From positions 1 through 35,051 of IMG/VR virus record IMGVR_UViG_3300010398_000023: 35,051 nt of DNA; one strand, given 5' to 3'. A program made the position numbers and the translations under genes. The DNA comes from a virus. Its lineage: Duplodnaviria; Caudoviricetes. Under the pieces are notes generated by a model. It saw nothing but the letters and a program-made list of their open reading frames with translations, did not search any database and had not been told where the DNA came from. Positions 9,401 to 18,373 of the stretch are shown here, one piece after another. Each line of letters opens with the position of its first letter. Positions within the stretch are counted from its first letter, which is position 1.

Positions 9401-10432
9401 TTACGCCCCGATGCCCGCCATGAAGCCCTGGAGGCCACCAGAGACTTTCTCCAGCGTCGAGGGCTCCATCTTCGCTGCCGCACTCGCGATGTCCTGCCGC
9501 CGCAGCGCCGCCTGCCGCTGGCCTTCTGCCAACTCGTAGTCGAACTGGCGCTGGTTCTCGCCCAGGTTCGCCATGCCACCCATGCCCGCCTCGATGGTGG
9601 CAAGCCGCCCGAGTTGCGACTGCACCTCGTTCGAGCGCCGGGATTCCTCCAGGGCGGACATCTGCCCCGCTTCCTGCTCGATCTGCTGCTTACGCTGGAG
9701 GTTCGCTTCCTCCGTCTCCCGGCCCGCTTCCGCGAGCCCCTTGGCCGTGGCCTGCTGCACCTGCGCGGCGCGGGCGTTGGCGACCCCGGAGCGCGGATCA
9801 ATCCCCGCCGCCGACAGCTTGGTCATCTGGTCTTCGTTCGCCTGCTGCGCCATCGACATCAGCGGATCGTGGAGCGAGCCGTAGTACGCCGCGCGTTCCT
9901 GCGGCGTGAAGCCTTGCCCGAGCCGCTCTTGCAGGTATTTCTCATCCTGCGTCATCAGCGGCTCCCCGGCTTCCCGGTAGTCCACCTTCGCCGTCCCCTC
10001 CGGCGTCAGCTGCTGTGCCAGATGCTCCCGCAGCGCGATCTGATCCTTGGTAAAGCCGAGCGCCTCATCGGCGGTGCGAATGCCTGCGAGCCGCCCGAAG
10101 GGTTGCTGGCCGTGTTTGTGCAGGAAGGTCGCGGGATGCTTCACCCACGGGCGCACATCTTCTGGCAGCTGCCCCATGAGTTCTTCTTTCCGTTGCGCGC
10201 GGGCCGTCGGCCGGTATGCCTGGATCGCCTTGCGGAGTGCAGGACCGGTCACTCCAGCCGCCTGCTGCTGCTGGCGGTACGCACCCACCCGCTGCTTCAC
10301 GTTCGTCCCGGGAAGCCCCATGCCCAGCTTGGAGAGGTCATTCGGGTCCTGCTTTTGATTCGCTTCCCGCTGCTGCTGCGTGAGCCGTCCGCTCCGCGCC
10401 CGCGCTGTGATCGCTCTTGCACGAGAAGGCAT
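9401..10432 (-). CDS. Putative DNA ejection protein, helical and Gln/Ala-rich
   Basis: 343 aa; RSGVANARAAQVQQ and GENQRQFD motifs and a Gly-rich C-terminus, typical of the first ejection protein after the nozzle. Confidence 0.65.
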   Translation of the reverse strand: MPSRARAITARARSGRLTQQQREANQKQDPNDLSKLGMGLPGTNVKQRVGAYRQQQQAAGVTGPALRKAIQAYRPTARAQRKEELMGQLPEDVRPWVKHPATFLHKHGQQPFGRLAGIRTADEALGFTKDQIALREHLAQQLTPEGTAKVDYREAGEPLMTQDEKYLQERLGQGFTPQERAAYYGSLHDPLMSMAQQANEDQMTKLSAAGIDPRSGVANARAAQVQQATAKGLAEAGRETEEANLQRKQQIEQEAGQMSALEESRRSNEVQSQLGRLATIEAGMGGMANLGENQRQFDYELAEGQRQAALRRQDIASAAAKMEPSTLEKVSGGLQGFMAGIGA

Positions 10433-10435
10433 ACG

Positions 10436-13036
10436 TCACCCCTGAATGACCGGTGGCTCGGGTTCGGTCTCGACCGTTTCCGGTAGCGTCTGCAGTACCT
10501 GGCGACGCACCGTGGCTTCGGGCAGCGCCTGGAACCAAAGCGTCCAGCCGAGAATGCGGTACATCGAGTATGCGTTCTGCTCCAACCACATAAAGTAGTG
10601 GAATTGCCCGGGGACGATAACGAGCGTGCTGAACATCTTGTAGGGCACTTCTTCCGCCGAAATGATGTCCACGGCATCGGGAGGAATCACCGTCGAGGTA
10701 TCCCCCGAATCGACCGGCATTTCTGCGGTCACATTGCGCGGACTCAGGATGTCGGACCAGAACGCGATGGTCGGATTCGCCACGTTCAATGCAGACACCT
10801 GCCAGTCGAGTGCGCGTATCCGTGCGCCACTCCCACGTCCACCTGGGGCAAAGCGCAACGAGCGGAGGAACACCGGATACGCCATGCCCCCGTAGTCCGC
10901 TTGCCCAATGTCCATCTGGAGGACGGCCCCCGACGCGGTGCCGAGGAACACCCCCGCATCGAGCGGCGACACGAGCATATCGTTCGAAATGTTGCCCCGG
11001 AAGACGGTGGCATCGTAGCGCGCGATGCACGAGCACCGCACCGTGACGCCATCGTTACCAAGCAAACTCGCCGCTGCAGGCGACAGCTGCCATTCCGACC
11101 AGCCAAGCCCCTCCCCCGCCACCGTCGCATCGAACTGGAAGACGAGGCAGCGCACCGAGGTGATCCAGAGCCGGAACTGGCGTTTCAACCGGTAGAAGAC
11201 CGCATGGGGAATAATCTGCAGTTCACTCCCCTGCAGGTGATCCTGCATCAAGTCGTCAATCGGCAGCGAGACGCGCTTCGACTGGAAACCCTCGTCCTGC
11301 CCCTCGTATCGGCTCAGGTGGTAGACCGCATCCGTGCCCCGGAAGATCACCTCATCGTGATCGACACAGATCGAGCGATGCGACATCGCCCCGGCTGCGG
11401 TGGCGTCCTGGCGGAAATGGACCGCCTGGATTTGAATGTCCGGGGGAATCCCGACGATCCGCCAAACCGAATGCTGCTTGAAGATCAACACCGCATCCAT
11501 GAACGTGGCGATCCCGGTCAGCACATCGCCATCGTCATAGGAGACAAAAATCTGGTTGTTGACCGGCCACGCTTCGCCCTTGAACGCGCCGCTCTGCAGG
11601 TCCGGCTGATCGGAATAGACCACCGTGTTCGTCACTTGGTCGATTCCGATAAGTCGGTTTGCCTGACCCCAGATACCCAGGACGGAGACGGTATCCGGGA
11701 TGCAGAAATCCATCAGGTCCCGCATCTGCGCGCCGAGTTCATCGTCCGCCGAAATATCGTAGACCTCCACCGCCCCGGCGAATCCCGGGACCTGGGGAGG
11801 ATTCGCAAGGGTCGTTACAACTTGGTACGTCCCGGCCTTCCACGCGACGAACTTGAGCACCCGGTACCACGCCCCCCCGCCATTCGCGCTCGTCCGGTAC
11901 AGGCGAATCTGATCGACTTGCGGGTCTGGCGAATGTCCGAGCCACATATGACCCGCCCGATTGATGTCGTCCGTCGTAATCTGCGCGGGCAAGCACCCTT
12001 CGGATTCTTGTCCCGACACCGAGTTGTAGTAGCGAAAGCGGTACTCGTACTGCGCGCCAGGGACCAGCGCCCCGGGACTCGTCCCGACCGGCGACGGAGC
12101 CACAGCCGCTTCGGGATTGGTCGGAATGTCGCCCGGCCCATAACCATACGGCGGCTTCACCCCGTGCCGACGGTACTGAAGCGTGCCGACCACGTAGGTC
12201 GCGCGCTGCTCGATCACGATGGGGGTCAGCGGGACCTTGGGACTTGCTCCAATCGCTCGGATGCCCCCGGTCATCTGCGTCCGGTTCCCGTACTGGACAA
12301 ACTCCGGCAGCGGGGTCGGTTCACTCCGCTGCGGAAACAAGTTCACGGTCGTCCCCGCCGGAACAGCGAACGGCAGCGACCGGTCAATGATAATCACGTA
12401 GTAGTAGATCGTCTTGACCTGAAACACCTCGGCCGACAGCGTCGGGAAATTGATCCAATCTCCAATCACAATCCCGTTGCCGCTCTCCAGATTGATCTGC
12501 GTGCTCCCGAGCGCCGACCCGGTGGTCCCCACCTTGGTCACCGGCATGATGTTCCCGACCACGGTCGGCGTGGCTCCCGTCGCAATGACGTGCGGCCCTC
12601 CGGCAATCGCCGCGTAGAGTTTCTTCACCCCATCGCGGTACATCGCTTGAAAGAGCGTCTCGATCGAGCCACCACCCAGCACCTGCACCACCGAAATATC
12701 CCGCAGCGGAGCCGTCGTCAGCGCAGGCGACACCGTGATGTATCCGCCACCTACGGCGGATACGAAGGTCAGCGTTCCGTCAACATGAACAGTGCTGCCC
12801 ACCCGGAATCCACTGCTATCGACCACCTCGATCGTGGTCGTCGTCGAGCCGTCCACCGTCGTCGTGCCGTAGCCATTCACAACCTGCGTACCGAATCGCT
12901 TCCCGAGCGTCCCGCCGTAGCAGTCAACATTCTGCAGCTGTGCCCAGTACGCCAAGTCTTCGATCTGTGCCTGACGGCGTTGGAGCAGCCCTTTGAAATC
13001 CGGGCCACCTTCGATCTTCTGCCAGTTGCGGGGCAC
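10436..13036 (-). CDS. Tail nozzle / DNA-stabilisation protein (T7 gp12- / P22 gp10-like)
   Basis: ~866 aa, beta-rich; LQNVD..GGTLGKRFG N-terminus, YEYRFRYYN..GQES / IRLYRT insert, VVYSD..EAWP and GAMSHRSI propeller motifs; follows adaptor. Start is GTG 13036 (TAGTG overlap) or ATG 13051. Confidence 0.75.
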   Translation of the reverse strand: MPRNWQKIEGGPDFKGLLQRRQAQIEDLAYWAQLQNVDCYGGTLGKRFGTQVVNGYGTTTVDGSTTTTIEVVDSSGFRVGSTVHVDGTLTFVSAVGGGYITVSPALTTAPLRDISVVQVLGGGSIETLFQAMYRDGVKKLYAAIAGGPHVIATGATPTVVGNIMPVTKVGTTGSALGSTQINLESGNGIVIGDWINFPTLSAEVFQVKTIYYYVIIIDRSLPFAVPAGTTVNLFPQRSEPTPLPEFVQYGNRTQMTGGIRAIGASPKVPLTPIVIEQRATYVVGTLQYRRHGVKPPYGYGPGDIPTNPEAAVAPSPVGTSPGALVPGAQYEYRFRYYNSVSGQESEGCLPAQITTDDINRAGHMWLGHSPDPQVDQIRLYRTSANGGGAWYRVLKFVAWKAGTYQVVTTLANPPQVPGFAGAVEVYDISADDELGAQMRDLMDFCIPDTVSVLGIWGQANRLIGIDQVTNTVVYSDQPDLQSGAFKGEAWPVNNQIFVSYDDGDVLTGIATFMDAVLIFKQHSVWRIVGIPPDIQIQAVHFRQDATAAGAMSHRSICVDHDEVIFRGTDAVYHLSRYEGQDEGFQSKRVSLPIDDLMQDHLQGSELQIIPHAVFYRLKRQFRLWITSVRCLVFQFDATVAGEGLGWSEWQLSPAAASLLGNDGVTVRCSCIARYDATVFRGNISNDMLVSPLDAGVFLGTASGAVLQMDIGQADYGGMAYPVFLRSLRFAPGGRGSGARIRALDWQVSALNVANPTIAFWSDILSPRNVTAEMPVDSGDTSTVIPPDAVDIISAEEVPYKMFSTLVIVPGQFHYFMWLEQNAYSMYRILGWTLWFQALPEATVRRQVLQTLPETVETEPEPPVIQG

Positions 13037-13776
13037 TAGTCCGTCCCCCACAGATCAGAGCCCATGCCCTCGTTCGAGTCGCCGCTCATCGGCTCCAAAT
13101 CCTGCATGAGTTCGGACCGCAGCAGCTGCGCCTTCTGAAGCCAGGCATTCGAGTCGGCATCGTTCACCGCGAGCAGGTACTGGGAAATCGCGTAATGGAC
13201 GATCAGGTCCGCCCAGTCCGACATCACCGGATCGAGCGACTGCGTGAACGCCGTGAACCGCCGGGGCCGGTACTGGTAGTAGAGTCGCCCGGTGACAGAC
13301 TGCGAGGTGGGATTCGCCACCCGCATCACCGACGCCCGGGGCGTGGCTGGAGCCGTGCCCGGCAGCTGGCCCGAGAGGATGTCGTAGTAGAAGCAGTTAT
13401 AGCCCCCGCTGTACGCCTGCTGCTCGGAGCCAATCGTCTCCATGGCCACCATGGAGCGGTAGCGAAAGAGCGCCCCCCGGGTGGCCGAGTCCTTGGTCGC
13501 GACGAGCCGGATCGGCCGCCAGAGCGGAGGCTCGATCCCGGAGAGGTCAATCTCGATCGCCGGGGGCGGACTGGAGGTGGCACCCGGGATCGTGAACGGA
13601 TCGACCACCGCGACAAAGAACTGCGAGCGGACGGACGTGATCGCGCGCACCACGGTCTGGTAGCCGTAGTTCAGCGCGAACAGAATCTCGGTATCGAACG
13701 CCGGGCGCGTGTGGTCCGTCACCGCACGCAACATCGTCCGCAGGTCCGACACCTGCAGATAGCCCGGTGCTGGCAT
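13036..13776 (-). CDS. Head-tail adaptor (tail tubular protein A-like)
   Basis: 246 aa; helical N-terminus (SDLRTMLR..DTEILFALN), P....GRLYYQYRP, then DLIVHYA helix; lies directly before the nozzle. Confidence 0.7.
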   Translation of the reverse strand: MPAPGYLQVSDLRTMLRAVTDHTRPAFDTEILFALNYGYQTVVRAITSVRSQFFVAVVDPFTIPGATSSPPPAIEIDLSGIEPPLWRPIRLVATKDSATRGALFRYRSMVAMETIGSEQQAYSGGYNCFYYDILSGQLPGTAPATPRASVMRVANPTSQSVTGRLYYQYRPRRFTAFTQSLDPVMSDWADLIVHYAISQYLLAVNDADSNAWLQKAQLLRSELMQDLEPMSGDSNEGMGSDLWGTD

Positions 13777-13779
13777 CGG

Positions 13780-13977
13780 TCAGCGGCTGACGCTGCGCGA
13801 GGTGGGCCGCCAGCTGTTCAGCCCGATCCGCCGCCAGTTGTCGACGGTGTTGCGCCGAAAGTCGTCCTGCTCAACGGCCCGCGTCTGATCCGGACTCGCC
13901 TTGTCGTCCGGATGCGCGTCCACAGACGGCGTCCGAGGGGCAATCCGCTCAGGCTTCTCGTATTCCTCCGTCGTCAT
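13780..13977 (-). CDS. Small hypothetical protein with Arg-rich C-terminus
   Basis: 65 aa; ATGA overlap with upstream gene; ends RPTSRSVSR. Confidence 0.65.
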   Translation of the reverse strand: MTTEEYEKPERIAPRTPSVDAHPDDKASPDQTRAVEQDDFRRNTVDNWRRIGLNSWRPTSRSVSR

Positions 13978-14183
13978 CGCCCCCGCCCGAACTTGCGGTG
14001 CGAGAGGCGACTCGGCATGCCGATGTCCCGCTTGGCCCGGACCCCCTTGCCCTGGCCGCCGCCTCCGGTGCTATTGGTCGGCGCGCTGTAGCCTCGCGGC
14101 ATCGGAGCGGTGTAGCCGCTTCCGGCTCCCCCGTTCCCGGAGAATCCGCCCAGGCCACCCACCTGGCCACTCTGTAGTCCCAT
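13974..14183 (-). CDS. Small Gly-rich basic hypothetical protein
   Basis: 69 aa; purine-rich RBS (GAGGAAGGGG); ends HRKFGRGR. Confidence 0.65.
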   Translation of the reverse strand: MGLQSGQVGGLGGFSGNGGAGSGYTAPMPRGYSAPTNSTGGGGQGKGVRAKRDIGMPSRLSHRKFGRGR

Positions 14184-14201
14184 GATGAACCCCTTCCTCG
14201 G

Positions 14202-14510
14202 CTACCGCCCCGTGGAGCGGGCGCTCGTCTGTCGCACGGTCGGCCGCGCACCAAAGACCTGGCGTCCATGCCGCCGCTCTGCAGCCGCCGCGCGTGCATC
14301 TTCTTGGTTCATAAACCGGTCCAGGGCCTCAGAACCGAACTGATCCTGTTCGGCCGAGCGGTAGTCTTGCTCGCCACGGCCTGGCCCCCGATCCGTTCGA
14401 TCTTCCTCGTCGTCCGGAGACGGACCGGGTCCGGGGATGCCGCTGCGATAGTCCTGCTCCCCGCCCGAGGGCTTTTCCCCGCCGCCGCCGATAATGATGA
14501 TGGCTGCCAT
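14202..14510 (-). CDS. Small disordered hypothetical protein with GEQDYRS repeat
   Basis: 102 aa; TAATG coupling; ends TSARSTGR. Confidence 0.65.
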   Translation of the reverse strand: MAAIIIIGGGGEKPSGGEQDYRSGIPGPGPSPDDEEDRTDRGPGRGEQDYRSAEQDQFGSEALDRFMNQEDARAAAAERRHGRQVFGARPTVRQTSARSTGR

Positions 14511-14686
14511 TAGCGTCCCATCCCCCGCTTCGACACGCGGGCTGGAAGCCCCGTGCGCTTCGTCTTGGCGAAATCCCGCAGCTGCTTGATGCTCATGTCC
14601 GGATCACCCGCACGCGGGTGTCCCGCTTTCGCTCGTGCGTAGGCGGCCCCCATAAAGCCCTGCTGGGCCTGCGAGACGGACGGCAT
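14510..14686 (-). CDS. DUF3008-like small basic protein
   Basis: Not in track; 58 aa MPSVSQAQQGFMGAAYARAKAGHPRAGDPDMSIKQLRDFAKTKRTGLPARVSKRGMGR resembles the DUF3008 pattern MPxxSxAQQ...MSxKQLxxFAxTKRxGLP; TAATG coupled to next gene. Confidence 0.75.
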   Translation of the reverse strand: MPSVSQAQQGFMGAAYARAKAGHPRAGDPDMSIKQLRDFAKTKRTGLPARVSKRGMGR

Positions 14687-14689
14687 GAC

Positions 14690-14869
14690 CTAGCGGTGGA
14701 AGCTACGCAGCGTGCGGGCCAGGGCCGCTTGCCGCTTGGTTTGGGTGGACGCCCCAGACCCTTCCTTCAGCACGCTGCGCGCATACTGCTGCGTGCTCTC
14801 GCCCGCCGCCTTGGCCTTGCGGGTGAAGGCTCCGGGGTGCTTGATCGCGCCCTGAATCCACTTGGCCAT
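14690..14869 (-). CDS. Small basic phage protein (WIQGAIKHPGA type)
   Basis: 59 aa MAKWIQGAIKHPGAFTRKAK...RQAALARTLRSFHR; TAATG-coupled start at 14869 (the track's longer version overlaps the upstream gene). Confidence 0.75.
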   Translation of the reverse strand: MAKWIQGAIKHPGAFTRKAKAAGESTQQYARSVLKEGSGASTQTKRQAALARTLRSFHR

Positions 14870-15186
14870 TAGACGATCCCTCGCGCGGTGAACGGAATCA
14901 TCAGGGTACTCATGTCCGTGGCATTCACATTTTCTGTCTGCCCCGAATACATCAGCAATTTGAGATTCTTCCAGTCGATGACTCCCGTGACGGTGGTGAA
15001 TGATCCTGGGGTGTATTCCCAGTAATTCACACTGGGGAAGAACACCGTCCGCAGCGTCGTGAATCCGAACTGGCGTGGGGTAAAAGGCACCCCGCCCGTG
15101 GCGTACACGCCCGGACTCATGGTCCCACTCGTCTCCCACTCATCCGCTGCGGAATGCTGATGCGTGATCGTGACGATGGCTGACAT
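14869..15186 (-). CDS. Putative capsid decoration/cement protein (YxTGG type)
   Basis: 105 aa beta-rich; YATGG..FG...KLLMY..TE...ATDMS...ARG pattern recalled from small proteins downstream of capsid genes; no Cys. Confidence 0.55.
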   Translation of the reverse strand: MSAIVTITHQHSAADEWETSGTMSPGVYATGGVPFTPRQFGFTTLRTVFFPSVNYWEYTPGSFTTVTGVIDWKNLKLLMYSGQTENVNATDMSTLMIPFTARGIV

Positions 15187-15326
15187 CAGCGGCCTCCCAG
15201 CAACTCCGCGAGCGACCAGAAGGCGAGGCCGAGCCCGATGAGATTCACCCGGGGGATCGGGGCCTGCGCCGTCGCGAGCACGAAGGACAGGAACGCGAGG
15301 CCGACCAGCACCACATGGGCAGGCAT
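15186..15326 (-). CDS. Small two-helix membrane protein
   Basis: Not in track; 46 aa MPAHVVLVGLAFLSFVLATAQAPIPRVNLIGLGLAFWSLAELLGGR; TGATG overlaps at both ends. Confidence 0.75.
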   Translation of the reverse strand: MPAHVVLVGLAFLSFVLATAQAPIPRVNLIGLGLAFWSLAELLGGR

Positions 15327-15874
15327 CACGAGCCCTCGAAATCGGTGAGCGGCATCCCTTCCGGCACCAGCGGAGCCGTGCCCGGCGTGATGCCGAAGGC
15401 GGTCAGTTCCTTGGTCGCCACGTCTTCGACCGTCTCGCGCTTGAGCGCCCGGCGCGTCGGCTCGCCCAGGAGTTCGGCGTCGATGGTCGACAGTTCCTCC
15501 TGCAGCTTCTTCAGTTCCTTCAGGGCGTCCCGATGCACCTTCTTCGGCATCAGGATTCCGGCTCCTTCGGCGCGGCGGCGGGCGTTTTCCTCGCGGAATT
15601 GGTTGATGAAATAGTCGAGGAACTGCATCCGCTTGGACTTGGCTTCGATGAGCGCCTCGTCCAGCGCCGCCTCCGACGCTTCCACCAGACCCTGATACCC
15701 CTGCGACTCCAGTATGACGGCCAGGTCGCCGTCACTGACCTGAAACGGAACCTGCGGGGGGATCACGAGGGTCCGCGACGGCCACACGGACTCCATTGCA
15801 GCGATCACCGAGGGCTTGCGCCCCGGAACTCGCACCAGCAGCGGGCGATTCATCCCGCTCATCAGCGTGGGCAT
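15326..15874 (-). CDS. Hypothetical protein with coiled-coil C-terminal half
   Basis: 182 aa from ATG 15874, preceded by AAGGAG; good codon bias. Confidence 0.7.
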   Translation of the reverse strand: MPTLMSGMNRPLLVRVPGRKPSVIAAMESVWPSRTLVIPPQVPFQVSDGDLAVILESQGYQGLVEASEAALDEALIEAKSKRMQFLDYFINQFREENARRRAEGAGILMPKKVHRDALKELKKLQEELSTIDAELLGEPTRRALKRETVEDVATKELTAFGITPGTAPLVPEGMPLTDFEGS

Positions 15875-16412
15875 ACGGGACTCCTTCGGGGATGATGACC
15901 GAGCGCACCGGCCGCATCCCCCAGAGGATGTCCGACACCATCCGACCGAACACCCGGTCCGACCGGATGGTCTGCCAGACATCCCCTTCTGTCAGCTGGC
16001 GAGCGGTCCGCAGCGCGTCCGCCCGCGCGTTCATCAAAATAGTCCAGTCCTTGATGTCGAGATTCTGGCGCTGCCAGTCGAGCCGCTTGAGTTTCTTGAC
16101 GATGCGGCTATCGAGCGCCCGGTAGCTCCCGTCTTCGTTCACGACGTAGCAGACCAGCTTCCGCGCCTTCACGGCATTGACCGCTGTCAGCGCGCAGTCC
16201 TCGTGGCTCCAGGCGTAGCCGTGCTGCGCCGCCGTCCACTGCAGCTGCCGCGCCAGCTGATCGACCGAGTCCTCGAAATTCCCATCCACCTGCAGCGCAT
16301 GGAACACTCCCCAGCGTCCAGGCGGTTCGACCCAGTCGACGGACAGGTCCCGGTCGATCCGCCGCAGGTCTGCGACGACGGACCGATCCGGGACATGGAG
16401 CGGATGCGGCAT
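15732..16412 (-). CDS. Hypothetical phage protein (head region)
   Basis: 226 aa; LRRIDRDLSVDW..RW and YRALDSRIVKKL motifs; tail overlaps next gene by about 140 nt. Confidence 0.7.
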   Translation of the reverse strand: MPHPLHVPDRSVVADLRRIDRDLSVDWVEPPGRWGVFHALQVDGNFEDSVDQLARQLQWTAAQHGYAWSHEDCALTAVNAVKARKLVCYVVNEDGSYRALDSRIVKKLKRLDWQRQNLDIKDWTILMNARADALRTARQLTEGDVWQTIRSDRVFGRMVSDILWGMRPVRSVIIPEGVPYAHADERDESPAAGASSGAQALGDRCNGVRVAVADPRDPPAGSVSGQ

Positions 16413-16754
16413 CTAGGTGGTGGTCCGGAATCCTGCGGTGGGGACCTTGAAGGATATCCGGGGCGGTGGCGGCCCCACAATGCCCGCCAGGTCCGCCGGA
16501 GGAACCGTGAACCCCGTACCTCCAGCTTGTGCGCCAGAAGCGAAGGTCCCGGAGAACGTCTTCGTGGTGTTCTTGTTGATCCCCGTCGCGGCGGTCAGAT
16601 CGGCGGTGCCGAATTCCGTGGTACTCGCCGTGAAGCCCGAGCCGCAGAGGGAGTTGACGATCTGGTTCAGATAATTCCACTCCACTTGCAGGCCCTTTTC
16701 GAACATGACCCAGCGGAGCCGATCATCCATGTACTGCCTGAGCGTCATGCCCAT
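16413..16754 (-). CDS. Small capsid-associated protein, paralog B
   Basis: 113 aa; AGGAGG RBS; N-terminal YMDDRLRWVMFEKGLQVEW motif shared with upstream gene. Confidence 0.7.
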   Translation of the reverse strand: MGMTLRQYMDDRLRWVMFEKGLQVEWNYLNQIVNSLCGSGFTASTTEFGTADLTAATGINKNTTKTFSGTFASGAQAGGTGFTVPPADLAGIVGPPPPRISFKVPTAGFRTTT

Positions 16755-16763
16755 GGCTGCCTC

Positions 16764-17042
16764 CTAGTAGCCCCAGATCGGCGTGCTGGTCCCCGGCACG
16801 CCGCTGCGCGACAGCACCGGGGGCTGCACCACGACGGAGCCGCCCTTGTAGTTGTACCGTCCGACGACCGAGTCGATCATCGCCTGCTGCGGGTCCCACG
16901 ACACGCCCGACATCGTCTTCAATTCGGTCCACACGACCATCAAGCCCCGCTCAAAAAAGAGCCACTTGCGATCGTCGAGGTACTCCGTGATGTCCGAGAG
17001 CACGTTCCCGGGCGGCCCGGCATTGGTCAAAATTGCTGGCAT
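16764..17042 (-). CDS. Small capsid-associated protein, paralog A
   Basis: 92 aa; AGGAGG RBS immediately after the capsid stop; YLDDRKWLFFERGLMVVW motif. Confidence 0.7.
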   Translation of the reverse strand: MPAILTNAGPPGNVLSDITEYLDDRKWLFFERGLMVVWTELKTMSGVSWDPQQAMIDSVVGRYNYKGGSVVVQPPVLSRSGVPGTSTPIWGY

Positions 17043-17050
17043 CGGTCCTC

Positions 17051-18358
17051 CTAGGACGGCACGACGTAGTTCGGATCGACAACGGCGTTCACGATCTTGG
17101 CGTTGGCATTGGCCTGGGTGGTGCCGAGGTTACAGATCGAGCGCATGAAGCCGTAGAACACGTCGCCCGCCATCAGCGAGTCGTGCTTCAGGATGCCGCC
17201 GGTCTGCTCGACGAAAGCCAGGTCGAACAGCCCGAATTTCTGGATCGAGTCGTCGTTCAAGAACAGCACCTGGCCGTCCGGGCAATCGACATCGACCATG
17301 AAATCGCGTCCGTTGTACTCCAGGGTCTGGAAGCCGCCGTCCAGCTTCAAGTCGGTGAACCGCTTCTGCGGGACGAGCAGCTGCAGGTAGCGGTCACGCA
17401 TGTTGTAGCTGCCGATCACGGTGGTGATCCGCCGCCCGGACTGCACCTCGGGCAAGTCCATCCCGAGTTGCATCAGCTGGAGGCTGATGTCGCCCCCGGC
17501 CGCGTTCAGAATCTTCGCCCGCCAGAGCGGGTTGGCGACCCGGTCGATGTCCTGCAGGACGACTGCGCCGGGATCGTTGACGCCGTCGTCGATGATCGCG
17601 CCGAGCCCGGTGAGTTCTGCCCCCACCGCCTTGTGACGGACGATCACGTCTCCGATCACGAGCCCCATGCCCGACACCGGGTTGATGGTGCCCGCCGCAC
17701 TCGCCACCTGAATGGTCGGGGGCGAGGTGCTGGTGTCGATCCGGCTGATGGTGAACCGCTTCTGGAAATACGTGCCGGTCGCGTCGCCCGCATCCGAGTC
17801 GCCCAGAGCCGCGCCCCGGAGCGTCACGCCGTCTGCACCGCTGATGAAATTCACCTGCATCCCGACGCGGAGATACTTGACCTGATCGACCGCGATGTTC
17901 GCCCCCGTGAAGACCGCCCCAGTCGGAATCGTGGCGCGCACGCCCGTCCCGTCCAAGTAGGTCTGCATGTTCATGTCCTTCAGCATCGTCTCCGTGAGCG
18001 ACCGCATCTTGTCGGTCAGCGTGTTCACGAAGGCGTTCACGTTCCCCTTCCCCTTCTCGATGTCGGGGCCGGTGATGTCGAACGTGCCGTAGAAGAATTT
18101 CTGGCGGACGCGGCACGTCACGTCGATGTTGAGAATCGGCTCCGGCAGGCTGATCCGGTAGCCACGAGCACCGACGCTCTGGGTGTTCACCATGCGGGCG
18201 GGGAATTCGTAGCTATTGCCACCGAACCTGATGCCCGCTTCCCCGAACCGCTTGTAGAGCATTGCGGCCAGGTTCTGTTGCTGCTCGACGCCTTGCCCGA
18301 AGACGGTCTTCAGGATGGCGGATAGTTCGGAAATGTTGTCAATCGTCGCTGGAACCAT
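17051..18358 (-). CDS. Major capsid protein (HK97 fold)
   Basis: 435 aa; AGGAGG RBS; portal-scaffold-capsid order; motifs LKDMNMQTYLDGTG, ELTGLGAIIDDG..LQDIDR, GGFQTLEYNG..VDVDCP, NLGTTQANANAKI. Confidence 0.9.
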   Translation of the reverse strand: MVPATIDNISELSAILKTVFGQGVEQQQNLAAMLYKRFGEAGIRFGGNSYEFPARMVNTQSVGARGYRISLPEPILNIDVTCRVRQKFFYGTFDITGPDIEKGKGNVNAFVNTLTDKMRSLTETMLKDMNMQTYLDGTGVRATIPTGAVFTGANIAVDQVKYLRVGMQVNFISGADGVTLRGAALGDSDAGDATGTYFQKRFTISRIDTSTSPPTIQVASAAGTINPVSGMGLVIGDVIVRHKAVGAELTGLGAIIDDGVNDPGAVVLQDIDRVANPLWRAKILNAAGGDISLQLMQLGMDLPEVQSGRRITTVIGSYNMRDRYLQLLVPQKRFTDLKLDGGFQTLEYNGRDFMVDVDCPDGQVLFLNDDSIQKFGLFDLAFVEQTGGILKHDSLMAGDVFYGFMRSICNLGTTQANANAKIVNAVVDPNYVVPS

Positions 18359-18373
18359 GGCGAGGGTGTCCTC

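Noticed and set aside
3693-13039. Long plus-strand ORFs (864, 1127, 813 aa and many others)
   Set aside because: Antisense shadows of GC3-rich minus-strand genes; Arg/His/Pro-rich translations with no motifs.
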